Positions 49,018-58,263 of a stretch of DNA of 64,000 bases are shown here, piece by piece. The notes under the pieces were generated by a model. That model saw only the letters and a program-made list of their open reading frames with translations, was not told the DNA's origin and made no database searches. Location of the stretch: assembly GCA_041674805.1 (NCBI GenBank), contig JBAYVA010000001.1:24624-88623 (forward strand), written 5' to 3'. Source of the DNA: Candidatus Magasanikiibacteriota bacterium (lineage in GTDB: Bacteria > Patescibacteriota > Patescibacteriia > Magasanikbacterales > UBA922). A program made the translations under genes and the position numbers. How positions within the stretch are numbered: position 1 is the first letter of the stretch; each line of letters begins with the position of its first letter.

Positions 49018-50133
49018 ATGAAAATAGGTATAGACGCTTCTCGGGCAAACAATTTACAAAAAACTGGTGTAGAATGGTATGCTTATTTTTTGTTGCAAGA
49101 ATTAAAAAAAATTATACCAGAAAATGTAGAAGTAATTTTGTATAGTAGGGAAGATTTGCAAGGGGATTTAGCAGATTTACCAAAAAATTGGTCAAACAAA
49201 GTTTTGTCTTGGCCACCAAAAATGTTTTGGACACAAGTTAGACTAAGTTTGGAAATGTTATTTTCTAAAGTAGATGTGCTGTTTGTCCCAGCGCATGTTG
49301 TTCCGATGATTCACCCAAAGAAAACAGTGATGACTGTGCATGATGTGGCAGCACAAAGATTTCCAGATTCTTACAATTGGTTTGAAAATTGGTATTCATT
49401 ATTTTCAGCTAGATTTGCTTTAAAAAAAATTTGGAAAATAATCACACCAAGTAAATTCACAAAAGATGAATTGCAACATTTTTTTGCTGATTATTTTCAG
49501 CCAGAAAAAATAAAAGTGATATATCATGGTTTCAATAATTTGTATCAAAAAAAATATTCACTAGAAGAAAAAAATAATATTTTGCAAAAATACAAAATCA
49601 AAAATAAATTTTTATTGAGTATATCTAGATTGGAATACAAAAAAAATACAGTGGGAATTATCAAATCTTTTGAAATTTTGAAAACGCAAAAAAATTATCA
49701 AGATTTACAGTTAGTCTTGGTAGGCAAACCAGCACATGGTTTTGCTGAAATAAAACAAGTTTTGGAAAATAGTCCATATCGTCAAGATATTATTTTGCCA
49801 GGTTGGGTAGCAGAAAATGATTTGCCAATTATTTTGTCTGCAGCACAAGTTTTTGTTTTTCCGTCTTTGTATGAAGGTTTTGGTTTGCCAGTATTACAAG
49901 CTTTTGCATCTTCGGTACCTGTGGTCACGTCTAGTGACAGTAGTTTGAGTGAAATATCCAAAGATGCTGCCATGCTTGTAAAATCAGATGATTATCAAGC
50001 TATTGCTGACGCTATTAAACAATTGTTATCAGACGAAAATTTGCGTCAAGAAAAAATAAAACTTGGTTTGCAAAGAGCCAGTGAATTTTCTTGGGAAAAG
50101 TGTGGAAGAGAAACTTGGAGAGTGTTGAAATAG
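49018..50133 (+). CDS. Glycosyltransferase family 4
   Basis: MKIGIDA, TVHDV, KKN, FVFPSLYEGFGLPVLQA. Confidence 0.92.
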   Translation: MKIGIDASRANNLQKTGVEWYAYFLLQELKKIIPENVEVILYSREDLQGDLADLPKNWSNKVLSWPPKMFWTQVRLSLEMLFSKVDVLFVPAHVVPMIHPKKTVMTVHDVAAQRFPDSYNWFENWYSLFSARFALKKIWKIITPSKFTKDELQHFFADYFQPEKIKVIYHGFNNLYQKKYSLEEKNNILQKYKIKNKFLLSISRLEYKKNTVGIIKSFEILKTQKNYQDLQLVLVGKPAHGFAEIKQVLENSPYRQDIILPGWVAENDLPIILSAAQVFVFPSLYEGFGLPVLQAFASSVPVVTSSDSSLSEISKDAAMLVKSDDYQAIADAIKQLLSDENLRQEKIKLGLQRASEFSWEKCGRETWRVLK

Positions 50134-50145
50134 TTTTTAGATGAA

Positions 50146-50286
50146 CTAGGTTTTAGGTTATAGGTTAATTAGGTTCTGGGTTATAGGTAAGCTAGGTTTT
50201 AGGTTATAGTTTTTATTTGAACTAGGTCACCCCTATAACCTAACATCTAAAACCTATCACCTAACACCTAATATCTAACACCTAAT
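50146..50286. repeat. Empty inverted NNTAGGT / ACCTANN heptamer array
   Basis: About nine TAGGT units followed by about eight ACCTA/ATCTA units, no ORF between them. Confidence 0.88.
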
Positions 50287-50329
50287 TTACCTTGCTCAAA
50301 GCTCTTTTTTGTGGTATTATATAGTCACT

Positions 50330-51238
50330 ATGGAAGAAATTTTGGGCCACAATGTTATATTAGATTTTTTTGAAAAAGTAAAAGCCAATAATAAGATGAG
50401 TCATGCTTATTGTTTTGTTGGTCCTAAAAATGTTGGTAAAATGACAGTAGCTAAATATTTGGGAGCTCAAATCTTGGGAGTAAAACCTGAAAAAATTTTT
50501 ACTTCACCAGATTTTTTTCTTTTGGAACAAATAATCAAAGAAAAGACTGGTAAACTTGGTAAAGATATTAGTATTGATCAAGTACGTGAATTGGTAAATT
50601 TTGTCTCAAAACGTTCTTTTCTTGGTGGTTATAAAATTGTAATTATTGATAATGCTCATTTGCTCAGTACTTCTGCTAGTAATGCTATTTTGAAAACTTT
50701 GGAAGAACCAAGTGAAAAGACAGTTATTTTTTTGATTACAGATGATGACAAAAAAATTTTACCGACTATTTTGTCTCGTTGTCAGACTATAAATTTTTCA
50801 ACAGTCTCTGATGAAATTTTAAGAATTTTTTTGAAAAAAAATAATTTATCTACAGAAGATATTGATTTTATTCAAAAGTACTCTTGCGGTTTACCGGGAA
50901 TAGCTGTAAAATTAATGTCAGATAGTGAATATTTGATAATGTACAAAAATGAAATAGAAAGATTTAGAAATTTGTTTGGAAAATTATTTTTTGAAAAATT
51001 AAAATTAGTAGAAGAATTGTTTGGTGACAAAAAAGATCATATTCAAGCAAGAAATAATTTGGTAGATGTTTTGGATATTTGGCAGACATGTTTGCATTTG
51101 GATATTCAAGAAAAAGAAAATTTGGACAAAGCTACTTTTTTGAATATTTATAACAGTATAGAAAATGCCAAAGTATTGCTAGGCAAAAATGTTCATCCTA
51201 GACTTTTGATAGAAAATATTTTATTACAAATCATTTAA
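50330..51238 (+). CDS. holB: DNA polymerase III delta-prime subunit
   Basis: HAYCFVGPKNVGK, ISIDQVREL, ASNAILKTLEEP, ILPTILSRC. Confidence 0.92.
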   Translation: MEEILGHNVILDFFEKVKANNKMSHAYCFVGPKNVGKMTVAKYLGAQILGVKPEKIFTSPDFFLLEQIIKEKTGKLGKDISIDQVRELVNFVSKRSFLGGYKIVIIDNAHLLSTSASNAILKTLEEPSEKTVIFLITDDDKKILPTILSRCQTINFSTVSDEILRIFLKKNNLSTEDIDFIQKYSCGLPGIAVKLMSDSEYLIMYKNEIERFRNLFGKLFFEKLKLVEELFGDKKDHIQARNNLVDVLDIWQTCLHLDIQEKENLDKATFLNIYNSIENAKVLLGKNVHPRLLIENILLQII

Positions 51239-51264
51239 TTTATTTTAAATTTTAAAATTTGAAT

Positions 51265-52353
51265 ATGCAAAAAAAATTTTTAATTTTAACATTTTTGCTC
51301 ACGGCTGTATTTTTGACCGGAGCTGGTTGTATCGATGTTGGTGGTGGTAACGATGCTGCTACTTCTGGTCCAGCTGGTATGTTTGTTAGTACTGACAAAG
51401 GAGATAATTGGACAGCTATCTCATATATGCCAACTAGTAAAGGTGTCCAAAGTTTGGAAAATATTAGTGTTTATTCTTTGGTAGAAGACAGAAATGATAG
51501 TAAAGCTTTGTTTTGGGCTTCACGTGAGAAAGGTCTTTTTTATACTTTTGATAGTGGTAAAACTTGGAGTCAATCTGGCGATCCTTTGAATGTTTCTTTG
51601 GTACGTGCTGTGACTATTCATCCTGAAGATAGATGTGCTATTTATGCAACTAATGGTAGACAAGTTTTCAAGACAGTAGATTGTGTACGTTCTTGGGAAG
51701 AAGTATTTATTGAAGTAAGAAGTACAGTTTCTATTACTGATGTAGCTTTTGATCCATTTTTTCCAGAAAATGTTTATGTTTCCGAGAGTGATGGTACTTT
51801 GCTTATGAGTAATGATGGTGGTGTTAGTTGGTCTATTTTGAACAAATTCAAAGGTTACATTAGAAATATTGCTTTTGATAGTAATACTGATGGATTAGTA
51901 TTCATAACTACTTTGAAAAATGGTCTTTTCCGTTCTCGTGATAGTGGAGAAACTTGGACAGATTTGACTGAAAAAATAAAAGACTATTCAGGAGCTCTTG
52001 AATTTAAAAGATTTTTGGTGTACTCTAGCAAAGGTGAAGAAATTTTCTGGATTTCCAAATATGGTATTTTGACTTCTCGTAATGCTGGTGAAGATTGGGA
52101 AGCTATCAAATTAGTTACTCCTCCAGGAAGTGTAGATATTTATAGTTTTACGGTAAATAGACAGAATAGTAAAGAAATGTATTATACTGCAACCAATAGT
52201 ATCAATAGATCTAATTTTTATAGAACGACAGATGGCGGACAAAATTGGGAAACACGTCGTTTACCAAGTAAACAATTACCAACAGTTTTGTTTGCTCATC
52301 CAGAAAATGATGGTTGGTTGTATCTAGGCTTTACTATTCCACCAAAAAACTAA
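51265..52353 (+). CDS. Lipoprotein with a BNR/Asp-box beta-propeller
   Basis: LTGAGC lipobox-like motif; seven S/TxDxGxxW-type boxes. Confidence 0.85.
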   Translation: MQKKFLILTFLLTAVFLTGAGCIDVGGGNDAATSGPAGMFVSTDKGDNWTAISYMPTSKGVQSLENISVYSLVEDRNDSKALFWASREKGLFYTFDSGKTWSQSGDPLNVSLVRAVTIHPEDRCAIYATNGRQVFKTVDCVRSWEEVFIEVRSTVSITDVAFDPFFPENVYVSESDGTLLMSNDGGVSWSILNKFKGYIRNIAFDSNTDGLVFITTLKNGLFRSRDSGETWTDLTEKIKDYSGALEFKRFLVYSSKGEEIFWISKYGILTSRNAGEDWEAIKLVTPPGSVDIYSFTVNRQNSKEMYYTATNSINRSNFYRTTDGGQNWETRRLPSKQLPTVLFAHPENDGWLYLGFTIPPKN

Positions 52354-52388
52354 AATAAATAATAAAATAAATTAAGTAAAATTTTTAT

Positions 52389-52940
52389 ATGGGTTTTGTA
52401 AAATCAAATATTGATCTTTTTGACAAAGCAATTGAATTCTTGAAACAAGATATTTCTAATTTGCGTACAGGTCGTGCTACACCTGCTTTGGTAGAAGATA
52501 TTTCTGTCGAAGCGTATGGCACACGTCAACCTTTGAAAGCTGTTGCTTCTATTTCAGTCGCTGATGCTAAGACTATCAATGTCGAACCTTGGGACAAAAG
52601 TCTGACACTAGCTGTAGAAACAGCTATTCGTAATTCTGATATTGGTATCAATCCTGTAAATGATGGTAAATTGATTCGTCTGCCACTTCCAGAGTTAAAT
52701 GCTGAACGTCGTCAAGAACTTATCAAAGTTCTTCACAAAAAACTTGAACAATCTCGTATTTCTTTACGCAAGATTCGTGAAGATGTGCGTACTGAAATAG
52801 ACAAACTAGAAAAAGCCAAAGCTATTTCTGAAGATGATAAATTCATAGAGCAAGAAGATTTGGAAAAAATTGTCAAAGATTACAATGATAAAGTGAAAGA
52901 AATTGGGGAAGAGAAGGAACGTGAAATTACGACTATCTAA
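52389..52940 (+). CDS. frr: Ribosome recycling factor
   Basis: LRTGRATP, PWDKS, GINPVNDG, PELNAERRQEL, ISEDD. Confidence 0.97.
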   Translation: MGFVKSNIDLFDKAIEFLKQDISNLRTGRATPALVEDISVEAYGTRQPLKAVASISVADAKTINVEPWDKSLTLAVETAIRNSDIGINPVNDGKLIRLPLPELNAERRQELIKVLHKKLEQSRISLRKIREDVRTEIDKLEKAKAISEDDKFIEQEDLEKIVKDYNDKVKEIGEEKEREITTI

Positions 52941-53050
52941 AAATATACAAAAGTAAATAAACAAATTCCAAATAAATTACAATATACAATAATAAAAAAT
53001 TTGTAGTTTGTTATTTGTTTATTATTTGAAATTTGTGATTTTGATATTTT
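52941..53050. repeat. Inverted degenerate (AAAT..C)n / (G..ATTT)n arrays
   Basis: aaataaacaaattccaaataaattacaatatacaa ... ttgtagtttgttatttgtttattatttgaaatttgtgattttg. Confidence 0.6.
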
Positions 53051-53062
53051 TTATTCTGACTT

Positions 53063-53506
53063 ATGAGAATTGTACTTCAAAAAGTTAAAGAATCTAAAGT
53101 TAAAATTGAAGGTAAGACCGTTGGTGCTATAACCAATGGTTTTTTGTTATTACTGGCTATTGGCAAAGGTGACACGAATTCCCAAGCTGATTTTTTGGTG
53201 GACAAGATTTGCAAGTTGCGTCTTTTTTCTGACGCAGGTTCTGATAGCTTCATGGAGAAAAATATTTTGGAAGCATTGGGTAGTGTGCTAGTAGTTTCGC
53301 AGTTTACACTTTATGGAGATTGTCAGAAGGGGACAAGACCAAGTTTCACAGATAGTGAAGAACCTGTCAAAGCCAAAGAAATGTATGAATATTTTGTAGA
53401 AAAGATGAAAGAACGTATAGAACGTGTAGAAACTGGCAAATTTGCCGAGCATATGGAAGTGAGTTTGGTAAATGATGGACCGATTACGCTGATTTTGGAG
53501 AAGTAA
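53063..53506 (+). CDS. dtd: D-aminoacyl-tRNA deacylase
   Basis: MRIVLQKV, VSQFTL, KG.RPSF, NDGPIT. Confidence 0.96.
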   Translation: MRIVLQKVKESKVKIEGKTVGAITNGFLLLLAIGKGDTNSQADFLVDKICKLRLFSDAGSDSFMEKNILEALGSVLVVSQFTLYGDCQKGTRPSFTDSEEPVKAKEMYEYFVEKMKERIERVETGKFAEHMEVSLVNDGPITLILEK

Positions 53507-53567
53507 GTTTTGTGTGGACAAAAAGCTGTTTTTGTGTTATTTTGTAGATATATAGCTAATTTTTTTT

Positions 53568-54935
53568 ATGTCAGATTTATATCCTTTTACATTATTACCT
53601 TCACCAGAAAACTTGATTGGACCTGATAATAGTAATCAAAAAGACATTACTTTTATTGGTAAAACATTATATATCACTGGTATATACCAAACCAATGATA
53701 TTTTTGGTATTAAAAGAGTTGATAGAAATCGTCATACTTATATACTTGGTAAAAGTGGTATGGGTAAAAGTTATCTCATGGAGCAAATGATTCGTAGTGA
53801 TATTGAAAATGGTTTTGGTTTGGCTCTTATTGATCCTCACAAAGATTTAGCTTTTAAACTTTTATCATCTATTCCACCTAATCGTCTAAAAGATGTAGTT
53901 TATATTGATCCTTCTAAACAAGCAAAATTCATTGCTTTCAATCCTTTTGCTAATGTACCTCAAGAGCATAGACAGTCTATGGCTCAAGGTTTGGTAGAAA
54001 TATTTCGTAAACAATTTGCCAGTACTTGGTCACCTCGTATTGAGCATCTTTTTCGTTTTGCTACTTTAGCTATGCTTGAGTATGAAGAGGGAACACTTTA
54101 TGGGATTATGGAATTGATTACTAATGCTCATTATCGTCAAAAAGTTTTACAAAATATTGAAGATGATGTTATCAAAAGATTTTTTTCTGTTGAGTTTGCC
54201 TCTTTTAGTCAAAAGTATGATCAAGAAGCTATTACGCCTTTGACAAATCGTCTTGGTCATTTTTTTTCAGATCCTTTGATGCTTACTATTTTTACTAAAA
54301 AAGAAAATGCTATTGATATTTCAGAAATAATGAATAATGGTAAAATTTTGATCATAAATACTGCGAAAGGTGTTTTGGGAGAAGAAAATAGTGCACTTTT
54401 TGGTTCATTTTTCTTAACAAAAATAGAGCAAGCTGCTATGGCTCGTTCACAAATTGATGTAAAAGACAGGTTACCTTTTTATTTGTATGTGGATGAATTT
54501 CAAAATGTTGCTACAGAATCTTTTGTTGCTCTTTTTTCAGAATCTCGTAAATATTCTATAAATATCACGGTAGCTAATCAATATCTTACTCAACTTCCTG
54601 AAAATTTGATAAATGCTGTTTTGGGCAATGTCGGTATAATGATTGTCTTTCGGGTTGGTGGACAAGATGCTGAGCGTATGTCTCTTGAATTTCAGCCACA
54701 GCTCAAGTCACATGATTTTTTAAATTTAGGTGTAGGTGAATTTTATATAAAGATGGCTATAGATGGTAAAACAACTTTGCCATTTTCAGCTACCACTTTA
54801 AAATTATCTGAACCTGAGTATCCTCAAAATGTAGATTATATATTAAAAAATAATTCTTTGTATATTGATAAAGATTCAGGGTCTCAAACTTTTGATCTTG
54901 AAAATGACATGAACGATTTACCTCCACCATTATAA
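53568..54935 (+). CDS. VirD4/TraD-like coupling-protein ATPase without a membrane anchor
   Basis: RHTYILGKSGMGKS, IDPH, LYVDEFQN, SESRKY, ANQY..QL, FRVG..DA. Confidence 0.85.
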   Translation: MSDLYPFTLLPSPENLIGPDNSNQKDITFIGKTLYITGIYQTNDIFGIKRVDRNRHTYILGKSGMGKSYLMEQMIRSDIENGFGLALIDPHKDLAFKLLSSIPPNRLKDVVYIDPSKQAKFIAFNPFANVPQEHRQSMAQGLVEIFRKQFASTWSPRIEHLFRFATLAMLEYEEGTLYGIMELITNAHYRQKVLQNIEDDVIKRFFSVEFASFSQKYDQEAITPLTNRLGHFFSDPLMLTIFTKKENAIDISEIMNNGKILIINTAKGVLGEENSALFGSFFLTKIEQAAMARSQIDVKDRLPFYLYVDEFQNVATESFVALFSESRKYSINITVANQYLTQLPENLINAVLGNVGIMIVFRVGGQDAERMSLEFQPQLKSHDFLNLGVGEFYIKMAIDGKTTLPFSATTLKLSEPEYPQNVDYILKNNSLYIDKDSGSQTFDLENDMNDLPPPL

Positions 54936-54938
54936 AAT

Positions 54939-56657
54939 ATGGAAATTAGTAAAACACCAATTTTTGATAAATTATTGGATGAATACTATAAAAATAGTAC
55001 TTTAGATTTTGTTTGTAAAGAAACAGGTGTGAATTTTGATTTGAACAAAGAGGCTATTGCTACATATAAAAAATTAAAAGTACCTTATCCAAAAGTAGAT
55101 TCGCATATTCGTTTGCGCCGTTTACGGGCTCATATGGGTGGTATAGAATTATTTAGTAGACTTGATGAGAATAGCCAAAAAATTATTTCTATATACGATC
55201 CTGAAAGTTCTGTTTTTGTTGTATCAATGGATCATTGGTTTAGTGATGATTTTGATGCTACAAAATATGGTGTTCATTTTGATACACAAAAAGATTTTTT
55301 TTCACAATGGAAAATTTTTTCTTCTAGTATACCTAGACCCGCTTTAGTAACAGATCCAAATAGTGAAAATTGTTCATGGTGTTCTTATGATTTAGCTTCA
55401 AAAGATTGTTATGCAACTTTTGGTTCTGTGGAGAGTGATCATATCTTGTTTGGTGACATGCCTATTTTTTCCAAAAATAGTGTAGATGTTGGCAATGTTA
55501 CAAAGACAGAATGGTCTTATGAAACTGTATCTTGTTTTCAATGTTCACAGGCTTTCTTTTCTGCTTTTTGTGAATCTTCTTATAATATTTATTTTTGTTT
55601 TGGTTGTAGAAATATTTCTGATTGTTTTGGTTGTTACAATATTCAAAACAAAAAATATTGTTTTTTCAATGAACAATTGACAAAAGAAAAGTACGAAGAG
55701 TATATGAAAAAAATTAACTTAGGAGATCGTGCTGTTGTTGATGCTTATTTGAATAAAAAAGTTAATGATTTATGGAAGTCCTCATATCTTTTGGCTAGTG
55801 GCAATTTCAATTCTGAAAGATCAATAGGGGATGAAGTCGTGGAAAGTCAGGATGTTGTTGGTATCTCTGTTTTCAAAAATGAACGTGTTTATAATACTTT
55901 TGACACTTCTTTTTCTAAAGATAGTTGTGATATCACCACATGTTCGTCTGTGGAAAAATCAGTGAACTGCGTAAGTTGTACTGAGGGTTTTGAAAATAAA
56001 ATGTGTATCTCTTGTCATGGTTGTATAGATATAGAATATAGTGAACATTGTATTTCTTGCGAGCATTGTTTTGCTTGTGTTGGACTTAGACATAAAAAGT
56101 TTTGTATTTTTAATGTTCAGTATAGTGAAGAAGAATATTGGATTAAGTTAGATGAAATAAAGTCTGCAATGTTTTTGAGTGGTGAATATGGTGAATTTTT
56201 TCCATATAGCACTTCATTTTTTGCTTACAATACTTCTCATGCAGACACTTTTTTTCCTTTAGAAAAAACAGAAGTAGAAAAATTACAAGCTCGTTGGTAT
56301 ACTTCTCCAAAAAAATCTGAAGATGCTAATTTTGAATTGTTACCTGAAAAATTGGTTGATTTTGATGAAAATATTTTGCAAAAACAATTTATTTGTCCAA
56401 CTTCTAGACGATTTATTAGTGTAGTCAAACCACAACTTGCTTTTCATAAAAAAATGAATGTTGCTTTGTCTGTAGAACATCCTTCTATACGTAGAAAAAA
56501 AAGGTATACGCTTATGGGAGGTTTGCAATTACACAGAACAAATTGTGTTGAATGTCAAACAGAAATTTATACACGTCATAATATAAGTACAAAACAAAAA
56601 ATTGTTTGTGGACAATGTTATAGTAAAATTTTGCTAGAGGATAGAATGATGTTGTAA
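54939..56657 (+). CDS. Cys-rich repeat hypothetical protein
   Basis: Two blocks of CxxC/CFGC repeats ending in KKYCFFN and KKFCIFN; EYGEFFP; terminal CVEC and CGQC. Confidence 0.75.
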   Translation: MEISKTPIFDKLLDEYYKNSTLDFVCKETGVNFDLNKEAIATYKKLKVPYPKVDSHIRLRRLRAHMGGIELFSRLDENSQKIISIYDPESSVFVVSMDHWFSDDFDATKYGVHFDTQKDFFSQWKIFSSSIPRPALVTDPNSENCSWCSYDLASKDCYATFGSVESDHILFGDMPIFSKNSVDVGNVTKTEWSYETVSCFQCSQAFFSAFCESSYNIYFCFGCRNISDCFGCYNIQNKKYCFFNEQLTKEKYEEYMKKINLGDRAVVDAYLNKKVNDLWKSSYLLASGNFNSERSIGDEVVESQDVVGISVFKNERVYNTFDTSFSKDSCDITTCSSVEKSVNCVSCTEGFENKMCISCHGCIDIEYSEHCISCEHCFACVGLRHKKFCIFNVQYSEEEYWIKLDEIKSAMFLSGEYGEFFPYSTSFFAYNTSHADTFFPLEKTEVEKLQARWYTSPKKSEDANFELLPEKLVDFDENILQKQFICPTSRRFISVVKPQLAFHKKMNVALSVEHPSIRRKKRYTLMGGLQLHRTNCVECQTEIYTRHNISTKQKIVCGQCYSKILLEDRMML

Positions 56658-56660
56658 ATA

Positions 56661-56830
56661 TTGACTAAACTCACACTTTTTGCTATATTAAATCCATCAC
56701 TTATGACAAACTTTTGGCGAGTTTCGAGGTGATACAAATTTATTAGAGAGTCCGCCTAATCGGCGGAAGCTTGGGTGGAACCGTCCATGTTTGGACCCCA
56801 AGACTTCTAACAAGAGGTCTTTTTATTTTT
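56661..56830 (+). ncRNA. Promoter and compact T-box riboswitch (glycine) leader
   Basis: TTGACT-17-TATATT; antiterminator TTGGG-TGGAACC-GTCC-atgttt-GGAC-CCCAA; terminator AAGACTTCT/AGAGGTCTT plus T run; GGC in a short 5' hairpin. Confidence 0.82.
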
Positions 56831-56872
56831 TTAAGAAAAATGTGCTATAATATATATAATAATTTATTCTAT

Positions 56873-58243
56873 ATGAAATCACTCGAATCAGTAGTCAATT
56901 TTGCTAAACAAAAGGGTTTTATTTTTCAATCATCAGAAGTCTATGATGGACTTGCTGCTGTTTATGATTTTGGACCTTTGGGAATTTTGCTCAAAAATAA
57001 TTTGCAAGAATTATGGTGGAAAGAAATGGTCCAAAGACACAATAATATTTATGGTTTAGACGCAGCTATACTTATGCATCCTCGTGTTTGGGAAGCTAGT
57101 GGACACGTAGCTAGTTTTTCGGATCCACTTGTAGATTGTAAAGAATGTAAGATGCGTCATCGTGCGGATCACTTGCTTGAGACTGTTGGTGTACAGGCTG
57201 ATGACAAAATGGGAATAGAAGTACTAAACAAACTTTTGCAAGAAAATAATGTTGTTTGTCCAAATTGTAAAGGTGAATTGACCCCTGCTCGTGATTTCAA
57301 TTTGATGCTTGAAACTCAACTTAGCAAGACTGATGATAGTAGCAAAGTCTATTTGCGTCCAGAAACAGCGCAAGGTATTTATGTCAATTTCAAAAATGTG
57401 CAGACTGCTACTCGCGCCAAAATTCCTTTTGGTATTGCACAAGTGGGCAAAGCTTTTCGTAATGAAATCACTACCAAACAATTTATTTTTCGTACCAAAG
57501 AATTTTCTCAAATGGAAATGCAATATTTTGTAAAACCTGAAACAGCTGAAAAATTGTATGAAGATTGGAAAACTTCACGTTTGGCTTGGTGGGAATCTTT
57601 GGGATTGAAAGCTGAAAATCTTCGCTATCATGAACACGAAAAATTGGCTCACTACGCCAAAGCAGCTTATGATGTTGAATACAATTTTCCTTGGGGTTGG
57701 AAAGAAATAGAAGGTTTGCACAATCGTGGTAATTTTGATTTGACTCAACATGAAAAATTTAGTGGCAAGAATCTCAAATATCGTGATCCTGAAACCAATG
57801 AAGAATACGTGCCATTTATTATTGAAGCTTCTTCAGGACTCGATAGAAATGTCTTTACTTTGCTGGTAGATGCTTATGAGGAGCTTGATGCGAGAAGTGG
57901 GGACGAAGATGCTAAACACGAAAAAGAAGTAGTACTTCGTATTCACAAAAGTTTGGCGCCAATCAAAATGGCAATACTTCCATTGTCAAAGAAAGAGCCT
58001 TTGCAAAATATTTGTAATGAAATTCAAAATACTCTATCAAAAACTTATATGACTCAGTATGATGAAACTGGTAGTATTGGTAAACGTTACAGAAGACAAG
58101 ATGAGATAGGTACACCTTATTGTATTACTGTTGACTTTGATTCACTAGAAGACAAAAAAGTGACTGTGCGTGATCGTGACACTATGGAACAAGAGAGAAT
58201 TGCGATTAGTGATTTGGAAAAATATTTTTCTGAGAGATTTTAA
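56873..58243 (+). CDS. glyQS: Glycine--tRNA ligase, alpha2 type
   Basis: YDFGPLG, VWEASGH, YLRPETAQGI, GKAFRNEI, LAHYA, GSIGKRYRRQDEIGTP. Confidence 0.97.
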   Translation: MKSLESVVNFAKQKGFIFQSSEVYDGLAAVYDFGPLGILLKNNLQELWWKEMVQRHNNIYGLDAAILMHPRVWEASGHVASFSDPLVDCKECKMRHRADHLLETVGVQADDKMGIEVLNKLLQENNVVCPNCKGELTPARDFNLMLETQLSKTDDSSKVYLRPETAQGIYVNFKNVQTATRAKIPFGIAQVGKAFRNEITTKQFIFRTKEFSQMEMQYFVKPETAEKLYEDWKTSRLAWWESLGLKAENLRYHEHEKLAHYAKAAYDVEYNFPWGWKEIEGLHNRGNFDLTQHEKFSGKNLKYRDPETNEEYVPFIIEASSGLDRNVFTLLVDAYEELDARSGDEDAKHEKEVVLRIHKSLAPIKMAILPLSKKEPLQNICNEIQNTLSKTYMTQYDETGSIGKRYRRQDEIGTPYCITVDFDSLEDKKVTVRDRDTMEQERIAISDLEKYFSERF

Positions 58244-58263
58244 ATTTTCTAAATATTATTTGT

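Noticed and set aside
50146-50286. Telomere-like repeats (resemble TTTAGGG)
   Set aside because: Internal, degenerate and inverted arrays in a bacterial chromosome; the resemblance is probably coincidental.
56771-56872. N-terminal extension of GlyRS from TTG 56771
   Set aside because: It runs through the T-box antiterminator and terminator; ATG 56873 fits the family start.
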